42,381 bases of DNA from Candidatus Nanoarchaeia archaeon (GCA_041484255.1 JBGPHE010000002.1:1-42381), one strand, 5' to 3'; numbered from the stretch's first letter, positions 26,063-33,695 are shown. Translations and numbers: made by a program. Notes: generated by a model not told the origin, from the letters alone.

Positions 26063-27174
26063 TGTTTCTCTTCCCCCTTATAAGGCGGCGTTGCTTTTAA
26101 ATATTGTCCTTGATCGGAGCGGAAGTACGCGTACATGTCGTCCGACATGCCGATCGATTCGGGACCATAGATGTTGTCGCGGATGCGTTCGCGAAGAACG
26201 CTTTCGGAGACGACGCGGTTGCGGCCGAGCTTCTTCGCGGCATACAGGCACGCGTCGGTGAGCGTGAAAAACGCCTTGGTGTCTACAGGGCGGTACTGTT
26301 TGACGCCGAGGCTGACGGTGATCGGAATTGGCTTGCCGTCGAAGGTGAACGGATAGTTCTGGATGTGCTTGCGGATGTTCTCGGCAGTCTGCACCGCACC
26401 CGATTCGTCGGTTTCAGGCAGCAGGACAACGAGCTCGTCGCCGCCGTAGCGTCCGAAAATGTCGGTTTCCCTGCGGAGGATGCTATCGCGGACGGTGGCC
26501 GCCATCTCCTTGAGCACGTAGTTGCCCGCAGGGTGTCCGCCGGGTCCGTCGTTGACGCGCTTGAAGTTGTCCATGTCAAAGACGATGAGCGAGAGCGGTC
26601 GCTGGTATTTCTTGGCCTCGTTGATTTCGCGCATGATGGCGCCTTCTTCCTGGTCGTTTCCTTCCATATAGCGCTGGTTGAAGCAGCCGGTCAGGTTGTC
26701 GGAGTATGCAATGGTGCGGAAATACTGCTTTTCCTCCTCGATGCGCTTGGCCTCGAGGGCGTTCTTTTGCGCAATGCGCTGCTGCGCGGCAACGGCTTCC
26801 GCCATCCTCGTCTGGAGCGTGGCGTTCTCGCGCGTGTTCGAGACGTTCATCACGACGAGCCTCAGGACGCTCTGCGCGCTTTTCGCGGCGGAGTCGCGCG
26901 TCGCCTGGTCGTTGGTGCGTTTGTGGGTGTAGTATAAGTGATCCAACGCGCTGTGGAGCGCGCCCTGTGCGATTTCGCGGTCGCGTCCGACGCTCGGCAC
27001 GCGTTTGAGCATGTTCTCGATGGTCTCGATCGTGCAGCCATCCTGACTGTCGCTGCCGACCACGAATTTGTAGAAGTCGCCGAGCGGCTTGTCGCAGAGC
27101 TCCACCAAGTAGTCCAAAAGCTGAATGGTGCGCGTATCCTTGCGGTTGCGCTTGGTGCTCTCGTGGTCTGCCAT
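26059..27174 (-). CDS. GGDEF-domain nucleotide cyclase (diguanylate-cyclase family) with an unknown ~170-aa N-terminal domain and a coiled-coil stalk, 371 aa.
   Basis: It reads LSLIVFDMDNFKRVNDGPGGHPAGNYVLKEMA...RRETDIFGRYGGDELVVLLPET...SLGV...LTDACLYAAKKLGRNRV. The active-site variant is GGDEL. An RxxD (RETD) lies exactly 5 residues upstream, which is the I-site geometry. The start is set at MADHESTK (27174), because the ORF-track N-terminus runs into tRNA-Arg. A TATA lies ~29 nt upstream. Confidence 0.8.
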   Translation of the reverse strand: MADHESTKRNRKDTRTIQLLDYLVELCDKPLGDFYKFVVGSDSQDGCTIETIENMLKRVPSVGRDREIAQGALHSALDHLYYTHKRTNDQATRDSAAKSAQSVLRLVVMNVSNTRENATLQTRMAEAVAAQQRIAQKNALEAKRIEEEKQYFRTIAYSDNLTGCFNQRYMEGNDQEEGAIMREINEAKKYQRPLSLIVFDMDNFKRVNDGPGGHPAGNYVLKEMAATVRDSILRRETDIFGRYGGDELVVLLPETDESGAVQTAENIRKHIQNYPFTFDGKPIPITVSLGVKQYRPVDTKAFFTLTDACLYAAKKLGRNRVVSESVLRERIRDNIYGPESIGMSDDMYAYFRSDQGQYLKATPPYKGEEKQ

Positions 27175-27197
27175 ATCGACGATAATACCGTTTTGCC

Positions 27198-27207
27198 CTT
27201 TATAAAG
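27198..27207 (-). promoter_or_regulatory. TATA box (CTTTATAAAG) for the GGDEF operon.
   Basis: This palindromic TATA is centred ~29 nt upstream of the ATG at 27174. Confidence 0.45.
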
Positions 27208-27244
27208 CTTCTGGTTATTAACTACTAGAAGGTGACGAATAAAA

Positions 27245-27318
27245 CGCCCCTGCTGGGATTTGAACCCAGGTCGACGGGACCGCAACCCGCCAGTCTATCC
27301 AAGCTAGCCTACAGGGGC
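27245..27318 (-). tRNA. tRNA-Arg (anticodon GCG), no encoded CCA.
   Basis: The minus-strand sequence is GCCCCTGTAGGCTAGCTTGGATAGACTGGCGGGTTGCGGTCCCGTCGACCTGGGTTCAAATCCCAGCAGGGGC(G). The acceptor and T arms are perfect. The anticodon stem is GCGGG/CCCGT with loop TTGCGGT. The D stem has one mismatch by my hand fold. Confidence 0.85.
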
Positions 27319-27345
27319 AATAGTGTGAAAATGACTGCAGGTGCT

Positions 27346-29127
27346 TTAAATAGGTTCTGTTCGGCGCCCGCGCTGCGTATCGTACAACGCCTTGACGTCC
27401 TCGAGCGTGCTGATTTCTTCAGGCGAGCGGTCCTCGCGCAGTTTCATGAACCGCGGGAACCGCAGCGCAAATCCCGAACTGTAGCTCGGCGAGGCCTGGA
27501 TTTCCTCGTAATTCACCTCGATGACGACAAACGGCTTGACCTTGATCTCTCTGCCTGAGTCCTGCAGGATGAGCGGCACCAATAAGTCCGTGAGCTTCTG
27601 GAACGAGACGCCTTCCTCTTCTTTCTCTTTCAGCCCGGTGCCGACACGCCCGATCTCGACGTACTCGCCCGTGTCAGAATCCCGAACCGCGACGATAAAG
27701 CTCGCGAACCACGCCGAGCGCTTGCCTTCGCCTTTCTCGGCGCCGACAATCACGACGTCGAGCGGCTCCATCACGGGCTTGATTTTCATGCCGTACCCGA
27801 CGCGCGAGCCGGGCTTGTACACCGCGCCAAGGTTTTTCATCATGATTCCTTCGTTTCCTGCGGCGAGCGATTGGCGGTAGAACGCGTCTGCTTCCTCAGG
27901 CGTGGAAACAATCGCCTGTTTTGCGGGCGTGATGATGCCCTGTTCGGGCTTGACAATGCTCTCGACTATCTTTCTGCGCTCGCCAAAGGGCGTTTTCAGG
28001 TGGCTTGTGCCCGCATAATAGAGCACGTCGAAGACATTGAGCTCGACGGGAAACTCGCCTGCGAGCTGGGCGATGTCGTATTTGCGCTTGATGCGCTGCG
28101 AGATGCTTTGGAACGGGCGATATTTGCCGGTCGCGCGGTCGATGCCGACGGCTTCGGCTTCGATAATGAAGTCTTCGCCGGCGATATTCGATGCGATACG
28201 CTGGACAACGTCAGGGAATTGCGCCGTGACGTTCTCGAGGCGGCGGGTAAAGAGCGTGATGACGCCTGCTTTCTTGTGCACCTGTATCAGAAAGCCGTCG
28301 TATTTGTACTCGGCAGCGGCAGGCGTGCCGACCGTCGCGAAAGCGTCAGGAATATCGACTGCTTTTTGGTACATCATGACCTTGACCGGCCTGCCCGGCT
28401 CGAGCGTAATTGAAGAGAGAGCGCCAAGTCCGCCCTTGCGCAGCGCGGCTGCGACAAGACCGAAGTCATTGGCGATGTCGATCGCTTCCTGCACTGCAGT
28501 AACCGTGGCAGCGTACGGTTCGCGGTTGTCGTCGGGAAAGACAATGTCGTTCTTTTCGGCGTCGTATGTGATGCCGAGCTGCGTCCCAAACGCAGCCCAG
28601 ACAATAGAATCGCGGATGGTTCCTTCACCCAGCCCGATACGAAGCTCGGCAAGGATGGTGCGAACGAGATATTTTGCCTCTTCAGGCGTCGCGCTGGTCA
28701 GCAACTCAGCAAGGAGCTTGACTTTTTTGTCGACGGTGCCTTCGCCTTCTTGCGTGGCGAGCTTGAGCAGGTTGTCAAAGACTTTCTTTGTCGTAAGCTC
28801 CTGCGAGAACAGCGTTGCTTGCGTCTTCTTGCCGATGAATGTCGCGGCAGTCACGCCCAAGTCGCCGCTGGTTGCCCAGTCGGCTTCGACCTTTTCCTGC
28901 GATAAACCAGTTGAAACCGCGATGGCTTTGAGCAATAACTGCGTGCTCATGCCGACTTCGCGCGAGTCCCACTGCGGAAAGATGCGTCCCTGCAATAACA
29001 GCAGGACGTGGTCAAGCTCGTTATCAGGAACCGCGGCGAGAAATTGGGAGAGAAGAGACGTTTTCTCAAGCCGTTTGGCAGTCTTTTCCAGCTGCCCATA
29101 GACCCCCACCAATGCACGATACTGCAT
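27346..29127 (-). CDS. lig: ATP-dependent DNA ligase (archaeal Lig1 type), 593 aa.
   Basis: The adenylation motif is AAEYKYDGFLIQVH (KxDG). Downstream motifs include FIIEAEAV, LNVFDVLY, EGIMMK and KIKP. The OB domain and the C-terminal GFALRFPRF are present. Confidence 0.95.
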   Translation of the reverse strand: MQYRALVGVYGQLEKTAKRLEKTSLLSQFLAAVPDNELDHVLLLLQGRIFPQWDSREVGMSTQLLLKAIAVSTGLSQEKVEADWATSGDLGVTAATFIGKKTQATLFSQELTTKKVFDNLLKLATQEGEGTVDKKVKLLAELLTSATPEEAKYLVRTILAELRIGLGEGTIRDSIVWAAFGTQLGITYDAEKNDIVFPDDNREPYAATVTAVQEAIDIANDFGLVAAALRKGGLGALSSITLEPGRPVKVMMYQKAVDIPDAFATVGTPAAAEYKYDGFLIQVHKKAGVITLFTRRLENVTAQFPDVVQRIASNIAGEDFIIEAEAVGIDRATGKYRPFQSISQRIKRKYDIAQLAGEFPVELNVFDVLYYAGTSHLKTPFGERRKIVESIVKPEQGIITPAKQAIVSTPEEADAFYRQSLAAGNEGIMMKNLGAVYKPGSRVGYGMKIKPVMEPLDVVIVGAEKGEGKRSAWFASFIVAVRDSDTGEYVEIGRVGTGLKEKEEEGVSFQKLTDLLVPLILQDSGREIKVKPFVVIEVNYEEIQASPSYSSGFALRFPRFMKLREDRSPEEISTLEDVKALYDTQRGRRTEPI

Positions 29128-29146
29128 GTGTCAAAAACCCCCTGTA

Positions 29147-29177
29147 CTCAAAAACCCAAATTGAAGGGGTTTTTGAG
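29147..29177. repeat. 11-bp perfect inverted repeat CTCAAAAACCC-(9 nt)-GGGTTTTTGAG in the lig/nitroreductase divergent intergenic region.
   Basis: The arms lie at 29147-29157 and 29167-29177. A direct copy, TCAAAAACCCC, lies at 29131-29141. Confidence 0.6.
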
Positions 29178-29259
29178 CATGCTCGAGAATCACGCTAGAT
29201 TCTCGACAGAAATGCTTATATATGCAGGCGTATAAAAATCTTCATAAAAAGAGGAAGCA

Positions 29260-29895
29260 ATGGAAACACTCGAGTGCATCGAATCCCGTCGGAGCGTCCG
29301 CAAGTATCTGGACCTTCCGGTCGAGTTCGAGAAGATCGGCAACATTCTCAATGCCGGCAGGCTTGCACCGTCAGCAGGAAACGTCCAGGACTGGAAATTC
29401 ATTCTCGTCACCGAGCACGATTTGCGCAAGCAGCTCGCCGAAGCGTCCATGCAGCAGTACTGGATGGAGGGCGCGCCGGTGCACATCGTCGTCTGCTCCC
29501 AGCCGGCGAAGAGCGACCGCATGTACGGCAAGCGCGGCCATGAATTGTACACGATACAGAACGCGTCCGCAGCCGCGCAGAACATGCTGCTCGCGGCGCA
29601 TGATCAGGGTCTCGGCGCGTGCTGGGTCGGCGCGTTCAGCGACACCATGGTCAAGCGTATTCTTTCCATTTCAGAGGGCGCCAAGCCGCTTGCGATCATC
29701 ACGATCGGCTACGCCGATGAAGAGCCGAAGCATCAGAGCAAGTACACCGTGGACAATATCACGTACATCGAGCGCTGGGGCAACCGCATCAAGGACTTCG
29801 CGGCCTATGTCGGCTACTATTCTCAGCACGTCGCCCACGGGGCCGTCGCGGCAAAGTCAGCGATGAAGAAGTTCCTCGACAAGTGGAACAAGTAG
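29260..29895 (+). CDS. Nitroreductase-family flavoprotein, 211 aa.
   Basis: It contains ECIESRRSVRKY...ILNAGRLAPSAGNVQDWKFILV...AAQNMLLAAHDQGLGACWVG. The TATA GTATAAAAAT lies ~26 nt upstream. Confidence 0.85.
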   Translation: METLECIESRRSVRKYLDLPVEFEKIGNILNAGRLAPSAGNVQDWKFILVTEHDLRKQLAEASMQQYWMEGAPVHIVVCSQPAKSDRMYGKRGHELYTIQNASAAAQNMLLAAHDQGLGACWVGAFSDTMVKRILSISEGAKPLAIITIGYADEEPKHQSKYTVDNITYIERWGNRIKDFAAYVGYYSQHVAHGAVAAKSAMKKFLDKWNK

Positions 29896-30288
29896 TCTTC
29901 TGAGCGAGAATAATCACCTTCTTTGGACGAAACCTGCATATATATTAGTAGCCATATATCTACTCTGATATTTATATTGCAGTGCAGAAGTGTTTATATA
30001 TCAGGTTTAATTAATAAAAGAAATAAGCTTAACAAGAACCTTGGCGGGTTCGTGTTAAAAAAATTGTGTGTTTGGATAAACTGTTTCGGTTGTAAGTTTT
30101 GCGTTCTTACGTTGAAGTCTGAATTTGTGCTGTGAAACAATCGTTGGCGCGATCGGCTCACAATCCCCGACTTCTTAGAGAGAGAAAGGCATCACTACCT
30201 AATATGCTTTTCGAATGTGGGAAGGGCATAATGGGATGTGTATGTCACAACATACTAAAAAGACCAACAAAAAAGGGGGATTGACCAA
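29896..30288. other. 393-nt conspicuously AT-rich non-coding region upstream of ftsZ.
   Basis: It contains multiple TATAT/TTTATAT blocks. An imperfect inverted repeat CTGATAT...ATATCAG spans 29964-30003. GAAAC/GTTTC motifs occur in GACGAAACC, CTGTTTCGG and GTGAAACAA. The SD-like AAGGGGGAT lies 8 nt before the ftsZ ATG. Confidence 0.6.
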
Positions 30289-31356
30289 ATGGACTTGATA
30301 GTTCAGAAGGCGGCGGAAAATCAACAGTTTCAGAGCGACGCGGATTTGCGCGTCGGACAGGCAAACATCAAAGTGATTGGCGCGGGCGGAGCGGGCAACA
30401 ACATGGTGACCTGGCTCTACAAGCGCGGCATCAAGGGTGCCGAAATCATCGCGGTGAACACCGACAAGCAGCACCTCCAGATTTCTGAGGCCGACAAGAA
30501 GTTCATCATCGGCCGCGACGTCACGCGAGGACTGGGCTGCGGCGGATTCCCGCAGAAGGGCGCCGAAGCGGCGACCGAGTCAATGTCCGACCTGAAGGCG
30601 GCACTGCACCAGGCAGACATGGTCTTCGTGTGCGCAGGAATGGGCGGCGGAACCGGAACCGGCTCTGCGCCTATCATCGCGCAGCTCGCAAAGGACTCCG
30701 GAGCAATCGTCATCGGCACGGTCACGATGCCGTTCAACATCGAGCGCGCGCGCATCGAAAAGGCCGAGTTCGGCCTCGAGCAGCTGCGCAAGCACTCGGA
30801 CACCGTCATCGTCATCGACAACAACCGCCTCGTGCAGATCGCGGGCAACCTGCCCATCCAGCAGGCCTTCGCGGTCGCGAACGAGCTGGTCTCGACGATG
30901 ATCAAAGGCATCGTGGAAACGATTGCAATCCCGTCGCTGGTCAACCTCGACTTCGCGGACGTCCGGGCCATCATGACGAACGGCGGCGTTGCCGCCATCG
31001 GCGTGGGAAGCTCAGACACGACGAACCGTGTTGACGAAGCGGTCAAGGGAGCGCTCGAAAACCCCCTGCTTGACATCAACTACGCGGGAGCAACCGGCGC
31101 GCTGATCCACGTGATCGGCGGACCGGACATGACTCTTGATGAAATCAACCGCGTGGGCGAACAGGTGACTGCGGAGTTGGACGAAGACGCCAACGTCATC
31201 TGGGGCGCACGAGTGGACGACAGCATGAAGGGCAAGCTCATGGTGATGACGATCATCACCGGCGTGACCTCGCCTTGGATTGTCGGACGCAAGGAAGTCA
31301 AGCACGCAAAGAAGGCGGAAATCGAGGACTCCCTGGGCATCGAACTCATCAATTGA
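30289..31356 (+). CDS. ftsZ: Cell-division GTPase FtsZ, 355 aa.
   Basis: It contains IGAGGAGNN, the tubulin signature GMGGGTGTGSAPIIA, NTDKQHL and DFADVRAIM. Confidence 0.95.
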   Translation: MDLIVQKAAENQQFQSDADLRVGQANIKVIGAGGAGNNMVTWLYKRGIKGAEIIAVNTDKQHLQISEADKKFIIGRDVTRGLGCGGFPQKGAEAATESMSDLKAALHQADMVFVCAGMGGGTGTGSAPIIAQLAKDSGAIVIGTVTMPFNIERARIEKAEFGLEQLRKHSDTVIVIDNNRLVQIAGNLPIQQAFAVANELVSTMIKGIVETIAIPSLVNLDFADVRAIMTNGGVAAIGVGSSDTTNRVDEAVKGALENPLLDINYAGATGALIHVIGGPDMTLDEINRVGEQVTAELDEDANVIWGARVDDSMKGKLMVMTIITGVTSPWIVGRKEVKHAKKAEIEDSLGIELIN

Positions 31357-31440
31357 TGATCACCCCCCTTTGGTCTTTGGTGGTGTACATTCTTTGCCCT
31401 CACTCATACCACCCCCATCGTAGGTGAGGGCAAAACCCGG

Positions 31441-31482
31441 CCCCCTCCGCTCGGAGCGGGGCTTTTTTTCTTTTTATTTTTT
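31441..31482 (+). terminator. GC hairpin plus oligo-T tract downstream of ftsZ.
   Basis: CCCTCCGCT-CGG-AGCGGGG is followed by TTTTTTTCTTTTTATTTTTT (31463-31482). The T/A-rich tract could also act as the TATA for mgtC (ATG at 31502, SD AGGTGA). Confidence 0.5.
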
Positions 31483-31501
31483 GATAATCATCAGGTGAAC
31501 T

Positions 31502-31933
31502 ATGCCCATACCCATTGACGTCGGACTGACGCGGCTTGTTGTGAGTTTGGTATTGGGCGGGCTCATCGGCCTCGAGCGCGAGATTCACGAAAGCCCTGCA
31601 GGTCTCAGAACGATCGCGCTTGTTTCTCTCGGCTCGACGATGTACACGCTCGCTTCATTATTGATGGTCGGCCCCGGCGTGGACATGTCGCGCATCGCGG
31701 CGCAGATCGTCATCGGCATCGGCTTCATCGGCGGCGGAGTCATCTTCCAGTCCAAGAATCAGGTGCACGGATTGACAACTGCAGCAAGCCTCTGGATCGC
31801 TGCCGCCATTGGCTTGATGGTCGGCATGGGCGAATTCCTGTTCTCCACGATTACGGCCATCCTCGTGATGGTTATCCTCTGGTTCGGCCGCTTCGAAAAG
31901 AAGTATTTGCCGCACGAAAGCTTCAGAAGGTAA
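31502..31933 (+). CDS. MgtC/SapB-family membrane protein, 143 aa.
   Basis: It reads LVVSLVLGGLIGLEREIHESPAGLRTIALVSLGS...GIGFIGGGVIF...HGLTTAASLWIAAAIGLMVGMG. Confidence 0.8.
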   Translation: MPIPIDVGLTRLVVSLVLGGLIGLEREIHESPAGLRTIALVSLGSTMYTLASLLMVGPGVDMSRIAAQIVIGIGFIGGGVIFQSKNQVHGLTTAASLWIAAAIGLMVGMGEFLFSTITAILVMVILWFGRFEKKYLPHESFRR

Positions 31934-32329
31934 TCAGATTCGTTTCTGCAGTTCTTTGAGAATCACGTCGTCGCCTGGATACATCTTCAGCGCGAGCGCT
32001 TCCTTAAAGGAGAACAATCGCATTCCGTCGCCCTCGCCGAGGACAAACGACGCAAAGTGGTCGCGCAGGGGCGCGATGAACGCGTGCAGTTCGATGAGCA
32101 GTTCAGGCGTTTGCGGGTTTCTGAACGTGCCGATGCGCGTGTATTCGGTCAGGTCGTGGCCGAGCTCTTCTTTGGTCTCGCGGACCAATGCCTGTTCGGG
32201 AGTTTCGCCGGGCTCGATGCCGCCACCGAAGAACGCCCATTCTGCTTTCGCATTGGGCGAGCGCTTTTGCAGGAGGATACGCTTCTGCGTGTCGTAAAAG
32301 ATGATGATGGATACTTTGCGTTCGTGCAT
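31934..32329 (-). CDS. NUDIX hydrolase, 131 aa.
   Basis: The Nudix box is GGGIEPGETPEQALVRETKEELG. Confidence 0.8.
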   Translation of the reverse strand: MHERKVSIIIFYDTQKRILLQKRSPNAKAEWAFFGGGIEPGETPEQALVRETKEELGHDLTEYTRIGTFRNPQTPELLIELHAFIAPLRDHFASFVLGEGDGMRLFSFKEALALKMYPGDDVILKELQKRI

Positions 32330-32350
32330 GGGTGAAATAAAAGGTCGAAC

Positions 32351-32360
32351 CTTTTTAAAG
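32351..32360. promoter_or_regulatory. Palindromic bidirectional TATA (CTTTTTAAAG) shared by the NUDIX gene (minus) and dph5 (plus).
   Basis: The centre lies ~26 nt from the ATG at 32329 on the minus strand and ~26 nt from the ATG at 32382 on the plus strand. Confidence 0.5.
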
Positions 32361-32381
32361 GCGCTGATGCTCTATCAACGT

Positions 32382-33143
32382 ATGGCATTGTTCCTTATCG
32401 GCATCGGGCTGGGCGACGCGAATGACATCACGCTCAAGGGGCTCGAGCTTGCAAAGCAGGCAGACAAGGTCTACTTGGAAAGCTATACTTCTATCCTGAA
32501 CTGCTCGGTTGCGGATATTGAGAAGCTTATCGGCAAGAAGATCGAGCTCGCAGACCGCACAATTGTGGAACAGAAGGCAGAACAGACGATTCTCGCCGCT
32601 GCGGCAGACGGCGATGCGGCATTGCTTGTCATCGGCGATCCCTTGGTCGCGACCACGCACACGGACTTGCTCCAGCGCGCAGAGAAATTGAAGATTCCGG
32701 TCACCATCGTGCACAATGCAAGCATCATCTCGGCCATCGGCACGACAGGATTGCAGGTGTACAAGTTCGGCAAGACCACGAGCATTCCGTTCGCGGACAA
32801 AGACAGGCTGGCAGAAACGCCGTATCATGTCCTCGCAGAAAACCAGAAGCTCGGCGCGCACACGCTCTTGCTGCTTGACTTGCGCCCGGGCGAGAACAAG
32901 TTCATGTCCGTCAATGACGCCATCGAATACTTGCTCAAGCTCGAACTCCAGCTCAACAAGAACATCTTCACCCGCGACACGCTCTGCATCGGTTGCGCAC
33001 GAATCGGCGCAAAGGACGAAATCATCAAGGCAGGCAAGGCAAAAGACCTGCTGAACATCGACTTCGGCAAGCCCGTGCACTGCCTCGTCGTTCCCGGCAC
33101 GCTCCACTTCATGGAAGAAGACGCGGTGAAACAATGGAGCTGA
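32382..33143 (+). CDS. dph5: Diphthine synthase (Dph5), 253 aa.
   Basis: It reads MALFLIGIGLGDANDITLKGLE...VYLESYTS...ALLVIGDPLVATTH...NASI.S.IG.TGLQVYKFG...HTLLLLD. The start is chosen 26 nt downstream of the TATA. The ORF-track start at 32301 overlaps the divergent gene. Confidence 0.9.
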   Translation: MALFLIGIGLGDANDITLKGLELAKQADKVYLESYTSILNCSVADIEKLIGKKIELADRTIVEQKAEQTILAAAADGDAALLVIGDPLVATTHTDLLQRAEKLKIPVTIVHNASIISAIGTTGLQVYKFGKTTSIPFADKDRLAETPYHVLAENQKLGAHTLLLLDLRPGENKFMSVNDAIEYLLKLELQLNKNIFTRDTLCIGCARIGAKDEIIKAGKAKDLLNIDFGKPVHCLVVPGTLHFMEEDAVKQWS

Positions 33144-33604
33144 GCGACGTCGCGCAGAATCTGTGGAAACGATACAATCTACCCTGGCAGAACAATCCAG
33201 GCAGAGCAAGAGAGTGGGAGGCAAAGTCCTTCGCGCAGGGAATCATCACGCCGTACCGCAAGCTGGAATTCACCGGCCAGCAAGGCCGCAACTTTGTGAA
33301 CAGCCTGAAATACTTGGAGTTCGGATACGGTATTGACGGCGGCTATGGGGGCATCAGCGTGTACGACGGCGGCTCAATGCCTGCAATTTACTACGAGATA
33401 GCTCCTTCAGTCCAGCGCGACTTCGCCGAACGCCTGGGCAAATCAGGCCCGACCGGCGAACAGCTGCGCGAGACCAAGCCGTATCCGCAGACGGGAGGGA
33501 CCATTCTTTCAGGGCTCACGATCATCTCGCTCAGCATCCTCGAGCCGTTCTTCGTCAACTTTATCGAGTCCCGTCCGCTGCCCGACCAAGCAAAGGCACG
33601 GTAA
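33134..33604 (+). CDS. Hypothetical protein (156 aa) with one C-terminal hydrophobic segment.
   Basis: The ATG at 33134 overlaps the dph5 3' end by 10 nt. The product is MELSDVAQNLWKRYNLPW...GGTILSGLTIISLSILEPFFVNFI. I recognise no family. Confidence 0.45.
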   Translation: MELSDVAQNLWKRYNLPWQNNPGRAREWEAKSFAQGIITPYRKLEFTGQQGRNFVNSLKYLEFGYGIDGGYGGISVYDGGSMPAIYYEIAPSVQRDFAERLGKSGPTGEQLRETKPYPQTGGTILSGLTIISLSILEPFFVNFIESRPLPDQAKAR

Positions 33605-33608
33605 CCTG

Positions 33609-33658
33609 TCAAGAACTGCAGTTCTTGAGCACACTTGGCATTTCCTAGGAAATGCCAA
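33609..33658. repeat. Two back-to-back perfect palindromes of 20 nt and 24 nt.
   Basis: TCAAGAACTGCAGTTCTTGA spans 33609-33628. TTGGCATTTCCTAGGAAATGCCAA spans 33635-33658. They are followed by TGTTTTTATATC, a T-run or TATA for tRNA-Gln. Confidence 0.85.
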
Positions 33659-33695
33659 TGTTTTTATATCGTCCTTCTTGTTGATAAGAACATTC

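Noticed and set aside
29923-30135. 70-aa ORF inside the AT-rich island upstream of ftsZ.
   Set aside because: It starts at a non-ATG codon in the track, and its composition (Ile/Leu/Lys/Cys/Phe) simply reflects AT-rich DNA. It has no SD or TATA at the right distance, so I treat the region as non-coding.
29896-30288. A definite replication-origin call (ORB elements) for the AT-rich island.
   Set aside because: The GAAAC/GTTTC motifs are short and I could not identify repeated full ORB or mini-ORB consensus elements. No orc1/cdc6 gene is adjacent. I retained it only as a hypothesis in the findings.
33609-33658. A CRISPR array or other interspersed-repeat locus anywhere in the window, including the palindromes and T-rich elements.
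   Set aside because: There is no series of regularly spaced direct repeats with unique spacers. The palindromes are two different sequences that each occur once, and the 19-nt T-rich element occurs only twice, 8 kb apart, at gene ends.
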